Positions 17,089-25,498 of a stretch of DNA of 30,637 bases are shown here, piece by piece (the first letter of the stretch is position 1; every line of letters begins with the position of its first letter). Both the position numbers and the translations under genes were made by a program. The stretch comes from Opitutia bacterium (GTDB lineage Bacteria; Verrucomicrobiota; Verrucomicrobiia; Opitutales; T3Sed10-336). The stretch is taken from NCBI GenBank assembly GCA_050506795.1, contig JBJHCF010000052.1:1-30637 (forward strand), in the 5' to 3' direction. A model generated the notes under the pieces. It was not told the origin of the DNA and did not search any database. It saw nothing but the letters and a program-made list of their open reading frames with translations.

Positions 17089-17856
17089 CTACCGGTAGAG
17101 CTTGGGAAAGATTCGCATCCAGCCAATCGGACAGAGAAGGGCGGTGAGCAGCAGGAGAAAGGGGCCGTGGAGCAAGAGGGCCGCGCCGAACCCGTCGTTC
17201 CAAAGGGCGGCTTGGCCTATCCGCACCCCGTGATAAAGAGGAGAGGCGAAACAAATCACCTGGATGACACGGGGAACCTGGTCGAGGGGAAAGAAGATCC
17301 CGGAGAAAAAGAAGAGGGGGTTGATCAGGATCGCGTAGACGGTTTGAAACTGGTTGATGTTGCGGACAAAGGAACTGGCGATCAGGCCGATGGCGCCACA
17401 GGACAGCGCGACCACGAATCCGATCAGGGGAATCGTCCAGGCGAAAAGGGGATCGCCCAGCCGAAAGACGAGCAAAACGATGGTGACTCCCAGCGACATG
17501 CCCGCGCCTTTGAGGCCCACCCAGAGGTACTCACCCAGAATGATCTCTCTCGGACCGATGGGGGTGGTCATCATGGCCTGGTAAACGTGCTCGTAGGTGT
17601 GACGGATAAAGAATCCGTAGCTGGTCTCGAAAAAAGCCGACCACAACGCGGTGGAGATCGCCAGGCCGGGAGCCAGGAATACCAGGTAGCTGCGTCCGTC
17701 GATATCGGTGATATAAGCTCCCAGCCCGATTCCGAGCGCCAGAATGATAAAGAGCGGGTCGGAAAGGGTGGGGGAGATGTTCGCCACGAAATTCTGGCGG
17801 TAGACATCCCAGTGGCGCATGGTGACCCGCCAGGCCAATGAAAAGGTCTCACGCAT
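17089..17856 (-). CDS. ABC-2 type exporter permease (NodJ-like)
   Basis: Hydrophobic ABC-2 permease: FLAPGL, PIGPREIILGE, PLFFFSGIFFP, SPLYHG. Start 17856 overlaps the stop of the ATPase gene. Confidence 0.85.
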   Translation of the reverse strand: MRETFSLAWRVTMRHWDVYRQNFVANISPTLSDPLFIILALGIGLGAYITDIDGRSYLVFLAPGLAISTALWSAFFETSYGFFIRHTYEHVYQAMMTTPIGPREIILGEYLWVGLKGAGMSLGVTIVLLVFRLGDPLFAWTIPLIGFVVALSCGAIGLIASSFVRNINQFQTVYAILINPLFFFSGIFFPLDQVPRVIQVICFASPLYHGVRIGQAALWNDGFGAALLLHGPFLLLLTALLCPIGWMRIFPKLYR

Positions 17857-18817
17857 CGCCGCCCAGCTCCCTTCCGGTGATTTCAAGAAATACGTCTTCC
17901 AGCGTACTCGGCCGGATAATACGCGGTATCATTCCGTGGTGTCCCAGGAAACTTTCCACCGCCGCCAGACCGGGGCCTCGCACGTTGATCCCCGCCCGGT
18001 CCTCGAACCACGAGAAGTCGGGGTTTTCAGCGGCGGCCGTCACCAGCCGTTCGCGCAGTCCGGCCTCCTTGGGGAATACCGCCACCGTGCCCGGGCAGTG
18101 GCGGTCGATCAGTTCCCGGGGCGCTCCTTCCGCCTTGATTTCGCCCTCGTTCATGATCACCAGCCGGTCGCAGAGACGCTCGGCTTCGTCCATGTAGTGG
18201 GTGGTCAGGAGAACGGTGGTTCCGGTGTCCTTCAGCGCACGCACGCGTTCCCACATGTGCAGGCGGACGGCCGGGTCGAGACCGGTGGTGGGTTCGTCGA
18301 GCACCAGCAGACCGGGTTGACGCAGAAGCGCCCGCACAAAAACCAGCCGCCGCTGCATTCCGCCCGAAAGGTTGCGAATACGCGCATTGGCGCGGTGGTC
18401 CAGCGACATGGCGCGCAAGAGTTCGTCGACACGTTTTCCGCGGTCGGCTCGGGGCAGCCCGACGCAGCGGGCGTACATCATCATGTTGGCCCGCACGCCC
18501 ATGTCTTCGTCCAGAGCGTTTTCCTGCGTCACCACCCCCAGCCGTTTCTTTATTTCCCGGGCTTCCCGTGCCGGATCCAAGCCGAACACCGTGAGCGACC
18601 CGCCCGACCGGGAGGTGGCGCCGTAGAGGATCCGGATAGCGGTGGATTTCCCCGCGCCGTTGGGACCGAGCAAACCGAAACACTCGCCCCGGGCGATGCT
18701 GAAGGACGCGCCGCGCACGGCCTGGACGGAGCCGAAATTCTTTCGCAGATCCCTCGCTTCCACCACCGGTGAGTCGGATGCGTCATTGGAAAGGGAATTC
18801 ATCTCGGTCGCTTTCAT
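17849..18817 (-). CDS. ABC exporter ATP-binding protein (NodI/DrrA-like)
   Basis: GECFGLLGPNGAGKST, LSGGMQRR, LDEPTTGLDP, TTHYMDEAERLCDR, TLEDVFLEITGR. Confidence 0.9.
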   Translation of the reverse strand: MKATEMNSLSNDASDSPVVEARDLRKNFGSVQAVRGASFSIARGECFGLLGPNGAGKSTAIRILYGATSRSGGSLTVFGLDPAREAREIKKRLGVVTQENALDEDMGVRANMMMYARCVGLPRADRGKRVDELLRAMSLDHRANARIRNLSGGMQRRLVFVRALLRQPGLLVLDEPTTGLDPAVRLHMWERVRALKDTGTTVLLTTHYMDEAERLCDRLVIMNEGEIKAEGAPRELIDRHCPGTVAVFPKEAGLRERLVTAAAENPDFSWFEDRAGINVRGPGLAAVESFLGHHGMIPRIIRPSTLEDVFLEITGRELGGDA

Positions 18818-19075
18818 GGCCGGTTATCTGCCGTCGAATACCAACGCGGAAGCGATCTTTAAGGCAAGCGTCGTTTTTTGGGCGCTTATCGAACGTATTA
18901 CGGAACATGGAAACAAGCGCTTGCGTCCGGGTTTGGCTTGCGGGAAACATCGAGACGAATCGATAGTGTTTGGGCCGGACACCGGTCCGGAACGTCCGGT
19001 TACGTTTGCCTTCGATTCGACACCGGGGCGCCCGGGTCCGTGTGTCCTTCGCGTCGTGTCCGATCCATCCGCGCC

Positions 19076-20719
19076 ATGAAAAAAATCCTGTTTCCCATGT
19101 TCACCTTTCTAGCGGCCTTTTCCGGCGTTATGGGGCTCGCCCGGGCCGATTCCGCCATGAACCCGATTATCCACGCGGACGTACCCGACATGTCGATGAT
19201 TCGTGTCGGCGATACCTACTACATGAGCAGCACGACCATGCATATGAGTCCCGGTCTGCCCATCATGAAATCGACCGATCTGGTGAATTGGGAGCTGGTG
19301 AGTTATTGTTACGACACCCTGGCCGATGTCGACGCGCTGAACCTCGATAACGGACGCAGCGCCTACGGCGCCGGGTCGTGGGCGAGCAGCATCCGTTATC
19401 ACAACGACACCTACTACGTTTCGACCTTCGCCGGCACCACCAACCGGACCTATATCTATTCCACCGTCGATATCGAAAACGGACCCTGGGAGGTGCGGAG
19501 CTTCGCGCCGGCTTATCACGACCACACCCTCTATTTCGACGATGACGGACGGATTTATATGATCTGGGGGGTCGGGCGGCTTGAAATCATCGAACTCGAA
19601 CCCGACCTGTCGGGAGTGAAGCCAGGCACCCGGCGTGTCCTGATCGAAGACGCCAGCGCTCCCGCCGGCGACAACATGATGCTCGGCTCCGAGGGCTCCC
19701 AGTTGTTCAAAGTGGATGGGGAATATTACCTCTTCAATATCTGCTGGCCCCGGGGAGGAATGAGAACCGTGGTCATTCACCGCGCCGACGAGATCACCGG
19801 CCCCTACGAAGGCAGGCTCGCTTTGCAGGACCGGGGGATAGCGCAAGGGGGCCTGATCGACACGCCTGAGGGTGACTGGTACGCCTACCTTTTTCGCGAT
19901 TACGGTGCGGTGGGAAGAATTCCGTATTTGGTTCCGGTGACCTGGGAGGATGGCTGGCCGGTGTTGGGAACCGACGGAACCGTACCGGACCAACTCGATT
20001 TGCCCGCCAGCACGGGTCTGGAGCCGGGGATCGTGGCGTCCGACGATTTTCGGCGTGACGACGGCGAACCCGCTCTGCCGCTGGTCTGGCAGTGGAATCA
20101 CAATCCGGATAATTCCCTCTGGTCGCTTACCGAGCGCGAAGGGTTTTTGCGTTTGAAGACCGGCCGGGTGGACGATCATTTTCTGGAGGCCAGAAACACG
20201 CTGACCCAGCGCACCATCGGCCCGGTGAGCACCGGGGCCACAAGGGTGGATGTTTCGAATATGAAGGAAGGGGATTTTGCCGGTTTGGCCCTGCTGCAAC
20301 GGCGCTACGGATTGGTAGGCGTGAAATACCAGGACGGAGAAAAAGCGGTGGTGATGGTGGGTGTCGAATCCGATTCCCCAGTCGAGGTGGAACGGGTGGT
20401 GATCGAGAAGGATTGGATTTACCTGAGAGCCGAATGCGACTTCCGGGATCGGGCCGACACCGGGGGGTTTCATTTCGGGTTGGACGACAGTGAATCGGGC
20501 ACCAACGCCGACGAATACCTGACCGACACCGGCTATTTTTACTACAGTCTCGACGGCGACAATTGGATCCGTATCGGTTCGCCGCTGCGAATGGTTTACA
20601 CCCTGCCGCACTTCATGGGCTACCGTTTCGGCCTGTTCAACTTCGCCACCCAAACACCCGGCGGTTACGTCGATTTCGATTATTTCCACATCAGCGACCG
20701 GATCTCCGATACGCAGTGA
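19076..20719 (+). CDS. GH43 beta-xylosidase/arabinofuranosidase with C-terminal beta-sandwich, secreted
   Basis: Signal peptide MKKILFP…ARA; NPIIHADVPDMSMIR, SSTTMHMSPG, WASSIRYH, SEGSQ, AQGGLID, WQWNHNP, FMGYRFGLFNFAT. Confidence 0.9.
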   Translation: MKKILFPMFTFLAAFSGVMGLARADSAMNPIIHADVPDMSMIRVGDTYYMSSTTMHMSPGLPIMKSTDLVNWELVSYCYDTLADVDALNLDNGRSAYGAGSWASSIRYHNDTYYVSTFAGTTNRTYIYSTVDIENGPWEVRSFAPAYHDHTLYFDDDGRIYMIWGVGRLEIIELEPDLSGVKPGTRRVLIEDASAPAGDNMMLGSEGSQLFKVDGEYYLFNICWPRGGMRTVVIHRADEITGPYEGRLALQDRGIAQGGLIDTPEGDWYAYLFRDYGAVGRIPYLVPVTWEDGWPVLGTDGTVPDQLDLPASTGLEPGIVASDDFRRDDGEPALPLVWQWNHNPDNSLWSLTEREGFLRLKTGRVDDHFLEARNTLTQRTIGPVSTGATRVDVSNMKEGDFAGLALLQRRYGLVGVKYQDGEKAVVMVGVESDSPVEVERVVIEKDWIYLRAECDFRDRADTGGFHFGLDDSESGTNADEYLTDTGYFYYSLDGDNWIRIGSPLRMVYTLPHFMGYRFGLFNFATQTPGGYVDFDYFHISDRISDTQ

Positions 20720-20795
20720 CGGCACCTGTTTTCGCCGCCGACAGACTCCCGTGGCGAAAGGGGATGGCACTCGACTCGGGTGTATCACGGAATTC

Positions 20796-20874
20796 TTGAC
20801 CACAGATTGCAGGATAACACAGATTCGAAGGCAGACGTTTCGTATCTGTGCCCATCCGGGAAATTTGTGGTTAA
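20796..20874. repeat. Long imperfect inverted repeat with CACAGAT / ATCTGTG units (REP-like)
   Basis: Left arm TTGACCACAGATTGCAGGATAACACAGAT versus reverse complement of the right arm TTAACCACAAATTTCCCGGATGGGCACAGAT. Confidence 0.75.
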
Positions 20875-20920
20875 GGAAGTTGATCGAAAGAGCTTAACCG
20901 AATCGCACCGGCAATTCCCT

Positions 20921-20944
20921 GGAGGGCCATGCTCCCGCATGGCC
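20921..20944 (+). repeat. REP-like hairpin with GGAG foot
   Basis: GGAG + GGCCATGC-TCCC-GCATGGCC (perfect 8-bp stem). A related degenerate unit lies at 23902. Confidence 0.6.
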
Positions 20945-20960
20945 GCAAGCGTTCCGGACG

Positions 20961-20996
20961 GTAGTGGCGGTCCGTTCCCGTCGCAACGGCCGCCAC
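20961..20996 (+). repeat. REP-like hairpin with GTAG foot
   Basis: GTAG + TGGCGG-T-CCGTT-(8-nt loop)-AACGG-CCGCCA, a bulged stem. Confidence 0.55.
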
Positions 20997-21068
20997 CTGG
21001 CCGAACCCTGACTTGGCCACACAGGATTCGGTTTCTTACTATATGAGCGCCCTTTTGCCTGGAGGGAA

Positions 21069-23393
21069 TCAAAAGATACGTTGTTGCAGGTAAATCACGT
21101 CGCCATTCTTGATTTCCCAGACGTTGGCGCCATCACCGCGAAGCATCGCGTCAACGTCCACAGTATAACGCTGCCCGTCACGCTGGACCACCGTTTGGTT
21201 TAGTCTGGCGCGGTCGGCCCACCCTCCCGCGTATCCCAGCGCTTGGAGGATGGTCGAGCCGGGATCGAGTTCATAGACTCCGGGCTGGTTCACTTCACCT
21301 AACACCGTGACGCGGAGCATCGTCTGTTCTTCGACGACCGGCTCGGAAAGACCGTCGGACGTTTCGGCGCTACGGGTCGCTTCTTCCGAATGGCTTGGCG
21401 ACGGTTCGCCGACGAGCGGAACCGGCGGGCTGAAGAGGGATCGTCGTGCTCCCTCAGCGCGAGCGCCGCCGGCAAAGGGATCCTCAGCGGCGTGGGTCGC
21501 CGCTTTCCAGGCCTCGAAATCCTCCCGCAGGGCGTTGCCGATAGGCCGGATGGCGTTCGAAAAATCCTGGTGTTCGTAGGGCTCATCGTTGACGACTCTT
21601 TCGTTAAATCGCGCGATGGTATCCACGAGCCGCCGTGTTCGTTCGGTCGGCAGAATACCATCCGCCGCGATGTGAAGCGCCTTTGCATGTTCCAGGAGGG
21701 GGGCAACGCGTGCCGTGTAGTCAGGAGGGCGAAGCCGAAGCGGCTGCGACATTATGCGCCCGATTTCTTGCAGAAGCCATTCAACGCGCTCCCCATAGGC
21801 GAGGAATTTGGGGGTGAGAATCAGCGACACGATCCTTCCTTCGCCGTCTTCCCCGAGTTCGATAGTTTGTTCTCCTCCTAACGGCGAGAGAGTGGCGCTG
21901 AAAGGCCGGTCCAGTCGAAGAAACGAGCCAGGATCGTTGGCTCGAAAACCTCCCCCCTGGTGCACTTCAACGTTTCCGGAAAGTTCGATCGATCCGTCGA
22001 CCAGCTCTCCTTCCAGGTAGAACAAAGAGGAAGATCCCCTGTCGTAGGCGACAGACAGACTGCCGGATTGTCCGGAAAGGAAGGTGATTTCGGCTATCGG
22101 GGTTTCGTGGAGAAGGTTTCCGTGTGTTTCATGACGAATCTCCAGGCGTCCGGAAAAGCGGATGACAGGGGCTTCGTCGTAGGCTGAGGCTTGATCCGGA
22201 GTTTCCGCGCTTTCGGGAGGGGTTTCGGAGGCGGTCATTCGGACGGAGGCGATTGTGATCGCCGCGGCGGCGCAGGCGATCAGCCCGAAGGTGAGCGCGG
22301 CGCGACTCGGTGAGTTGCGGTTGAGTTGTGTGTCCATGATTGCGAGCAGTCTTGTTTCGAGGGAGGATTTTCGTGCCATCGCCAGGGCGATGAATGGAGC
22401 CCCGATCCGGGATTTCCGGGACAAAGCGAAGGAAAGGAGGGTTTCGCCGTAGTGGGTGGAGGGAACGCCGGCGTTGAGAACGAGATCGTCACACGCCTTT
22501 TCCCGCGTGACGCGCAGTCGCCGGTTCAGCAACCACACGAGGGGATGAAACCAGTAGACGGCCAGGCAGGTTTGGGCCAGGAGCTGCGTCAGGCAGTCCC
22601 TTCGCTTGACGTGGGCGAGTTCGTGGAGGAGTACCGTTGGCACCCGGTCGGCGGTCCAGTGCTCGGCCTCCTCGGGGAGGACGATGGTCGCGCGCCAAAG
22701 GCCGCAGGTGAAAGGCACGTGGCTTCGGGTCGTCAGACGCAACTCCACCGTCCGTTTCACGCCGAGCGTTTGTGACGCGCGGGCCAGCTGTTGTGCGAGA
22801 GGGTGTTGGTCGGGCAGCCGCCGCGCCCGCCGGATCAGGTGTGCCGCGCGGAGGTGACCGCAGAGGAGCGCCGCCAGGAAAAGGCCGGCGCCCGCCAACC
22901 AAACAGCGACGACACCGGAACGCCAATCGAGACTTGTCGAAACGGGCGACTGACTTTCCCGTGGAAGGGGGGACACCGCGGGGATTGGAGCGGTCCGGCC
23001 GGGGTCGGTCGTTGGCGCGGTCCGGGGAGCGGAATCAAACGTCGCGGCAACGGGTGGCGGCGTTTCCGGAGTGAATGTTGCCGACAACGATTCGGCGGCC
23101 GGCCTGCCGGTTTCCGCCGGCGCGTCCGGGGTGTTGATCGCGGCGCCGGGTGAAGTTGCGGTCACGGACGGCAGGACCGCGAGCCGGAATTCCGGTGAAA
23201 CGGTCGTCAGGAGCGGAAGCAGCAGAAGGGCGCCCACGGTCAGGGCGCACACCGCGTGACGGGTGGCGGCGGACCGCCGGTGCAGGAGAATGCCGACGAC
23301 TCCCGCGAGGAGCAGCAGGAATGTCGCTTTGACGACGAGGTCGGCGAAAAAGTCGAAGGAGGCGGGGGTGATGACGGGGAGTAGAGCGTTCAT
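21069..23393 (-). CDS. BlaR1-like M56 metallopeptidase / anti-repressor with C-terminal SLBB domain
   Basis: N-terminal TM helices, HELAHVKRRD zinc motif, YWFHPLVW, REKACDD, LETRLLAI. C-terminal VTVLGEVNQPGVY…QALGYAGG…GDVIY is SLBB/Wza-like. Confidence 0.88.
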   Translation of the reverse strand: MNALLPVITPASFDFFADLVVKATFLLLLAGVVGILLHRRSAATRHAVCALTVGALLLLPLLTTVSPEFRLAVLPSVTATSPGAAINTPDAPAETGRPAAESLSATFTPETPPPVAATFDSAPRTAPTTDPGRTAPIPAVSPLPRESQSPVSTSLDWRSGVVAVWLAGAGLFLAALLCGHLRAAHLIRRARRLPDQHPLAQQLARASQTLGVKRTVELRLTTRSHVPFTCGLWRATIVLPEEAEHWTADRVPTVLLHELAHVKRRDCLTQLLAQTCLAVYWFHPLVWLLNRRLRVTREKACDDLVLNAGVPSTHYGETLLSFALSRKSRIGAPFIALAMARKSSLETRLLAIMDTQLNRNSPSRAALTFGLIACAAAAITIASVRMTASETPPESAETPDQASAYDEAPVIRFSGRLEIRHETHGNLLHETPIAEITFLSGQSGSLSVAYDRGSSSLFYLEGELVDGSIELSGNVEVHQGGGFRANDPGSFLRLDRPFSATLSPLGGEQTIELGEDGEGRIVSLILTPKFLAYGERVEWLLQEIGRIMSQPLRLRPPDYTARVAPLLEHAKALHIAADGILPTERTRRLVDTIARFNERVVNDEPYEHQDFSNAIRPIGNALREDFEAWKAATHAAEDPFAGGARAEGARRSLFSPPVPLVGEPSPSHSEEATRSAETSDGLSEPVVEEQTMLRVTVLGEVNQPGVYELDPGSTILQALGYAGGWADRARLNQTVVQRDGQRYTVDVDAMLRGDGANVWEIKNGDVIYLQQRIF

Positions 23394-23414
23394 AGGAAGG
23401 GATGATGTTGGGAG

Positions 23415-23819
23415 TTATTGGCCGTTGTGGTTGCCGGATCGGTTTTCCGGGCCGCGGATGATTTTTGTCAGGCGGTCGATTTCCTCCTGATCGAGCACGG
23501 TGTCGGACGATTCCAGGAGTCCGGCGACCGCCGACGACAGGGAGCCGTTGTAGAACGTGTTCAAGACGCCAGCCAAAGCGGAGGCTCCGGCATGTTTTTT
23601 GGGTTCCCGGGGACGGTAGATGTATTTGTTACCTTCCGCGGAGTACTTGACGTGCCCCTTGTTGACCAGGATTCCCAGCAGAGCACGGGTGGCGGAATAA
23701 CTCGGCGGGTCAGGTAACTCCTTGCGCACCTCCGCCGCCGAGGCCCGTTCCAGACGGAAAAGTATGTCCATGATCTGGCGCTCACGCTTCGAAAGAACAA
23801 TGGGCTTCGTTTTGCTCAT
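23415..23819 (-). CDS. BlaI/MecI/CopY family transcriptional repressor
   Basis: LSKRERQIMDILF, LPDPPSYSATRALLGILVNKGHV, YIYRP, TFYNGS. Directly upstream of the M56 gene. Confidence 0.92.
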   Translation of the reverse strand: MSKTKPIVLSKRERQIMDILFRLERASAAEVRKELPDPPSYSATRALLGILVNKGHVKYSAEGNKYIYRPREPKKHAGASALAGVLNTFYNGSLSSAVAGLLESSDTVLDQEEIDRLTKIIRGPENRSGNHNGQ

Positions 23820-23820
23820 A

Positions 23821-23880
23821 GTGCTAAATTATTAACACCGACCCGAGCTGGTCAAGGATTTTATTGCTAAATTTTTAACA
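23821..23880 (-). promoter_or_regulatory. blaI promoter with two operator palindromes; probably a leaderless transcript
   Basis: TGCTAA-ATTA-TTAACA (23822-37) and TGCTAA-ATTT-TTAACA (23865-80) flank minus-strand TTGACC (23855-50). TAATTT lies 18 nt downstream of it and ends 6 nt before the ATG. Confidence 0.8.
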
Positions 23881-23901
23881 GGGGGTGCCGGCCTCTATTC
23901 G

Positions 23902-23926
23902 GGAGGGCGCGCATCCCGGCCCGTCT
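23902..23926 (+). repeat. Degenerate GGAG-foot REP-like hairpin
   Basis: GGAG-GGCGCGC-ATCCCG-GCCCGTC has the same GGAGGG…TCCCG frame as the unit at 20921. Confidence 0.35.
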
Positions 23927-23938
23927 CTCGCGGGGGGA

Positions 23939-23966
23939 TTATTTTGCCAGGCAAAATAAAATTGAT
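23939..23966 (+). repeat. Palindromic repeat copy 2
   Basis: Perfect TTATTTTGCC-A-GGCAAAATAA (23939-23959) followed by AATTGAT. Confidence 0.9.
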
Positions 23967-23984
23967 AGACAATTGCCTGCTCCG

Positions 23985-24072
23985 ACTGGCGGGCGCGAGA
24001 ACAATACTCGGCGGTGTCGTCGTCGCCCCGCCGGGTGGAGATGGGAGATTTCCTGCTGGTCTGGTCTGACAT
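23985..24072 (-). pseudogene. 5' remnant of a second pduO
   Basis: MSDQTSRKSPISTRRGDDDTAE versus intact MSEEKRSTPSITTRRGDDGTTD. After a 1-nt frameshift it continues (L)LFSR versus LLFGPR. The 3' boundary is approximate. Confidence 0.75.
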
Positions 24073-24286
24073 GAGACTGTCAGGATCCGCCGGGAACGGA
24101 TGAGCTATCGGGTGCGCGTATTCTGGAAGGGCGTCGCTGGCAGCGGTTGTTTTCCTGAAACTCGCGGCTGCCGTGCGGATTTCCAAGAATTTGAGGGACA
24201 AATCGAGCGACAGTCTTCAAGCTCCTCGTTTTCGCGCCACTGGTTTTCCCGTGGACCGTCCTGCCAACGCACAGACTTGAGTTAAA

Positions 24287-24550
24287 ATGAAAAGCTTTGA
24301 AGAACTCTTCGCCGAATTGCAGCAAAAGGCCGCTTCGGGCGATCCGGCTTCGGGGACGGTGCGCGCCCTGGAGAAAGGGAAACATGCCATCGGCAAGAAA
24401 ATCATCGAGGAGGCCGGGGAGGTCTGGATGGCGGCGGAATATGAGGGGAAGGAAAAGACCGCCGAGGAGATTTCGCAACTCCTGTATCACTTGCAGGTGA
24501 TGATGCTGGCCTGCGACCTTGAGTTGGAGGACGTGTACCGTCACCTTTGA
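24287..24550 (+). CDS. hisE: Phosphoribosyl-ATP pyrophosphatase
   Basis: [11 protein letters not shown]…[18 protein letters not shown]…[14 protein letters not shown]…DVYRHL; 87 aa, monofunctional. Confidence 0.95.
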   Translation: MKSFEELFAELQQKAASGDPASGTVRALEKGKHAIGKKIIEEAGEVWMAAEYEGKEKTAEEISQLLYHLQVMMLACDLELEDVYRHL

Positions 24551-24557
24551 AAGAATC

Positions 24558-25424
24558 ATGACTGAATCCGCAGCAACATTACGCGTCGCCATTCCCAACA
24601 AGGGAGCCTTGTCGGAAGAGGCCGTGCAACTGGTCAAAGACGCCGGCTACCGGTGTCGCCGGGATGATCGCGAGCTGTTCGCTCTCGACCGCGAGCACGA
24701 TTTGGAATTCGTTTTCCTCCGTCCGCGGGATATCGCGGTTTACGTCGGCAACGGAACGGTCGACCTGGGAATTACCGGTCGTGACCTGGCGCGTGACAGT
24801 GGGGCCGAAGTGACCGAATTGCTGCCGCTGGGATTCGGCCGGTCGGCTTTTCACTACGCGGCGCCGAACGAGGCGGAGGTATTGCGTGACACGCTCGGCG
24901 GATTGCGGATCGCCACCTCCTACCCGCACATCGTGCGCGAGGATCTGGCGGAACGTGGGCTGGAAGCCAGGGTGGTGCGGCTCGACGGCGCGGTGGAGAT
25001 TTCCATTCGTCTCGGGGTGGCCGACGTGATCGCCGATGTGGTGCAGTCGGGAAAAACGCTGCAACAGGCGGGCTTGAGAATACTGGGGGAACCCGTGCTT
25101 CGTTCGGAAGCCATCCTGATCGGACGAAACCGGATGGTGGCGCGACAGGAGGCGGTCCGTATCCTTATGGAACGTTTTCAGGGTATTCTGGTGGCGCGCG
25201 AATACGCGGTCATCGAATACGACCTCCCCAAGAATCTGCTGGAAAAGGCGAGCGAAATCACACCCGGAGTGGAGGCTCCCACCGTGGCGCCGTTAAGCAA
25301 ACCCGATTGGGTCGCGGTCAAGGCCATGACCTTGCGCAAGGACATCAATCGCACGATGGATGAACTCAAGCGGCTGGGCGCCAGTGGCATTATTGTGACC
25401 GAGATTCGTTCCTGCCGGCTGTAG
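24558..25424 (+). CDS. hisG: ATP phosphoribosyltransferase (long form)
   Basis: LRVAIPNKGALSE, LRPRDIAVYV, GITGRD, RIATSYP, DGAVEISIRLGVADVIADVVQSG, TPGVEAPTVAPL. Confidence 0.95.
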   Translation: MTESAATLRVAIPNKGALSEEAVQLVKDAGYRCRRDDRELFALDREHDLEFVFLRPRDIAVYVGNGTVDLGITGRDLARDSGAEVTELLPLGFGRSAFHYAAPNEAEVLRDTLGGLRIATSYPHIVREDLAERGLEARVVRLDGAVEISIRLGVADVIADVVQSGKTLQQAGLRILGEPVLRSEAILIGRNRMVARQEAVRILMERFQGILVAREYAVIEYDLPKNLLEKASEITPGVEAPTVAPLSKPDWVAVKAMTLRKDINRTMDELKRLGASGIIVTEIRSCRL

Positions 25425-25498
25425 CCCGTTCGGTTCACCGCGGAATAGTTGCAGGGCTTTGGCTTGCCTGATGGAGGCAAGTCGGCTTGGATGGCCGC

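Noticed and set aside
635..20803. Many long antisense or alternative-frame ORFs (e.g. 635-1681+, 2732-3634-, 4811-5821-, 8518-9492-, 12681-13784-, 19109-20803-)
   Set aside because: They are shadows of well-supported genes in high-GC DNA and show no recognisable motifs.
23875..24201. 108-aa minus-strand ORF as a functional gene
   Set aside because: Only about 22 codons resemble PduO. The rest reads through the palindrome and into a BlaI operator, so it is treated as a pseudogene remnant.
24073..24286. Possible his attenuator or leader peptide upstream of hisE
   Set aside because: No His-codon-rich leader ORF or terminator/antiterminator pair is visible.
25461..25483. Hairpin GGCTTGCCT-GATGG-AGGCAAGTC sharing TTGCC/GGCAA with the triple palindrome
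   Set aside because: The spacing differs, and it lacks the A/T arms and the TTGAC tail. It is more likely a local terminator or promoter element between hisG and yjbQ.
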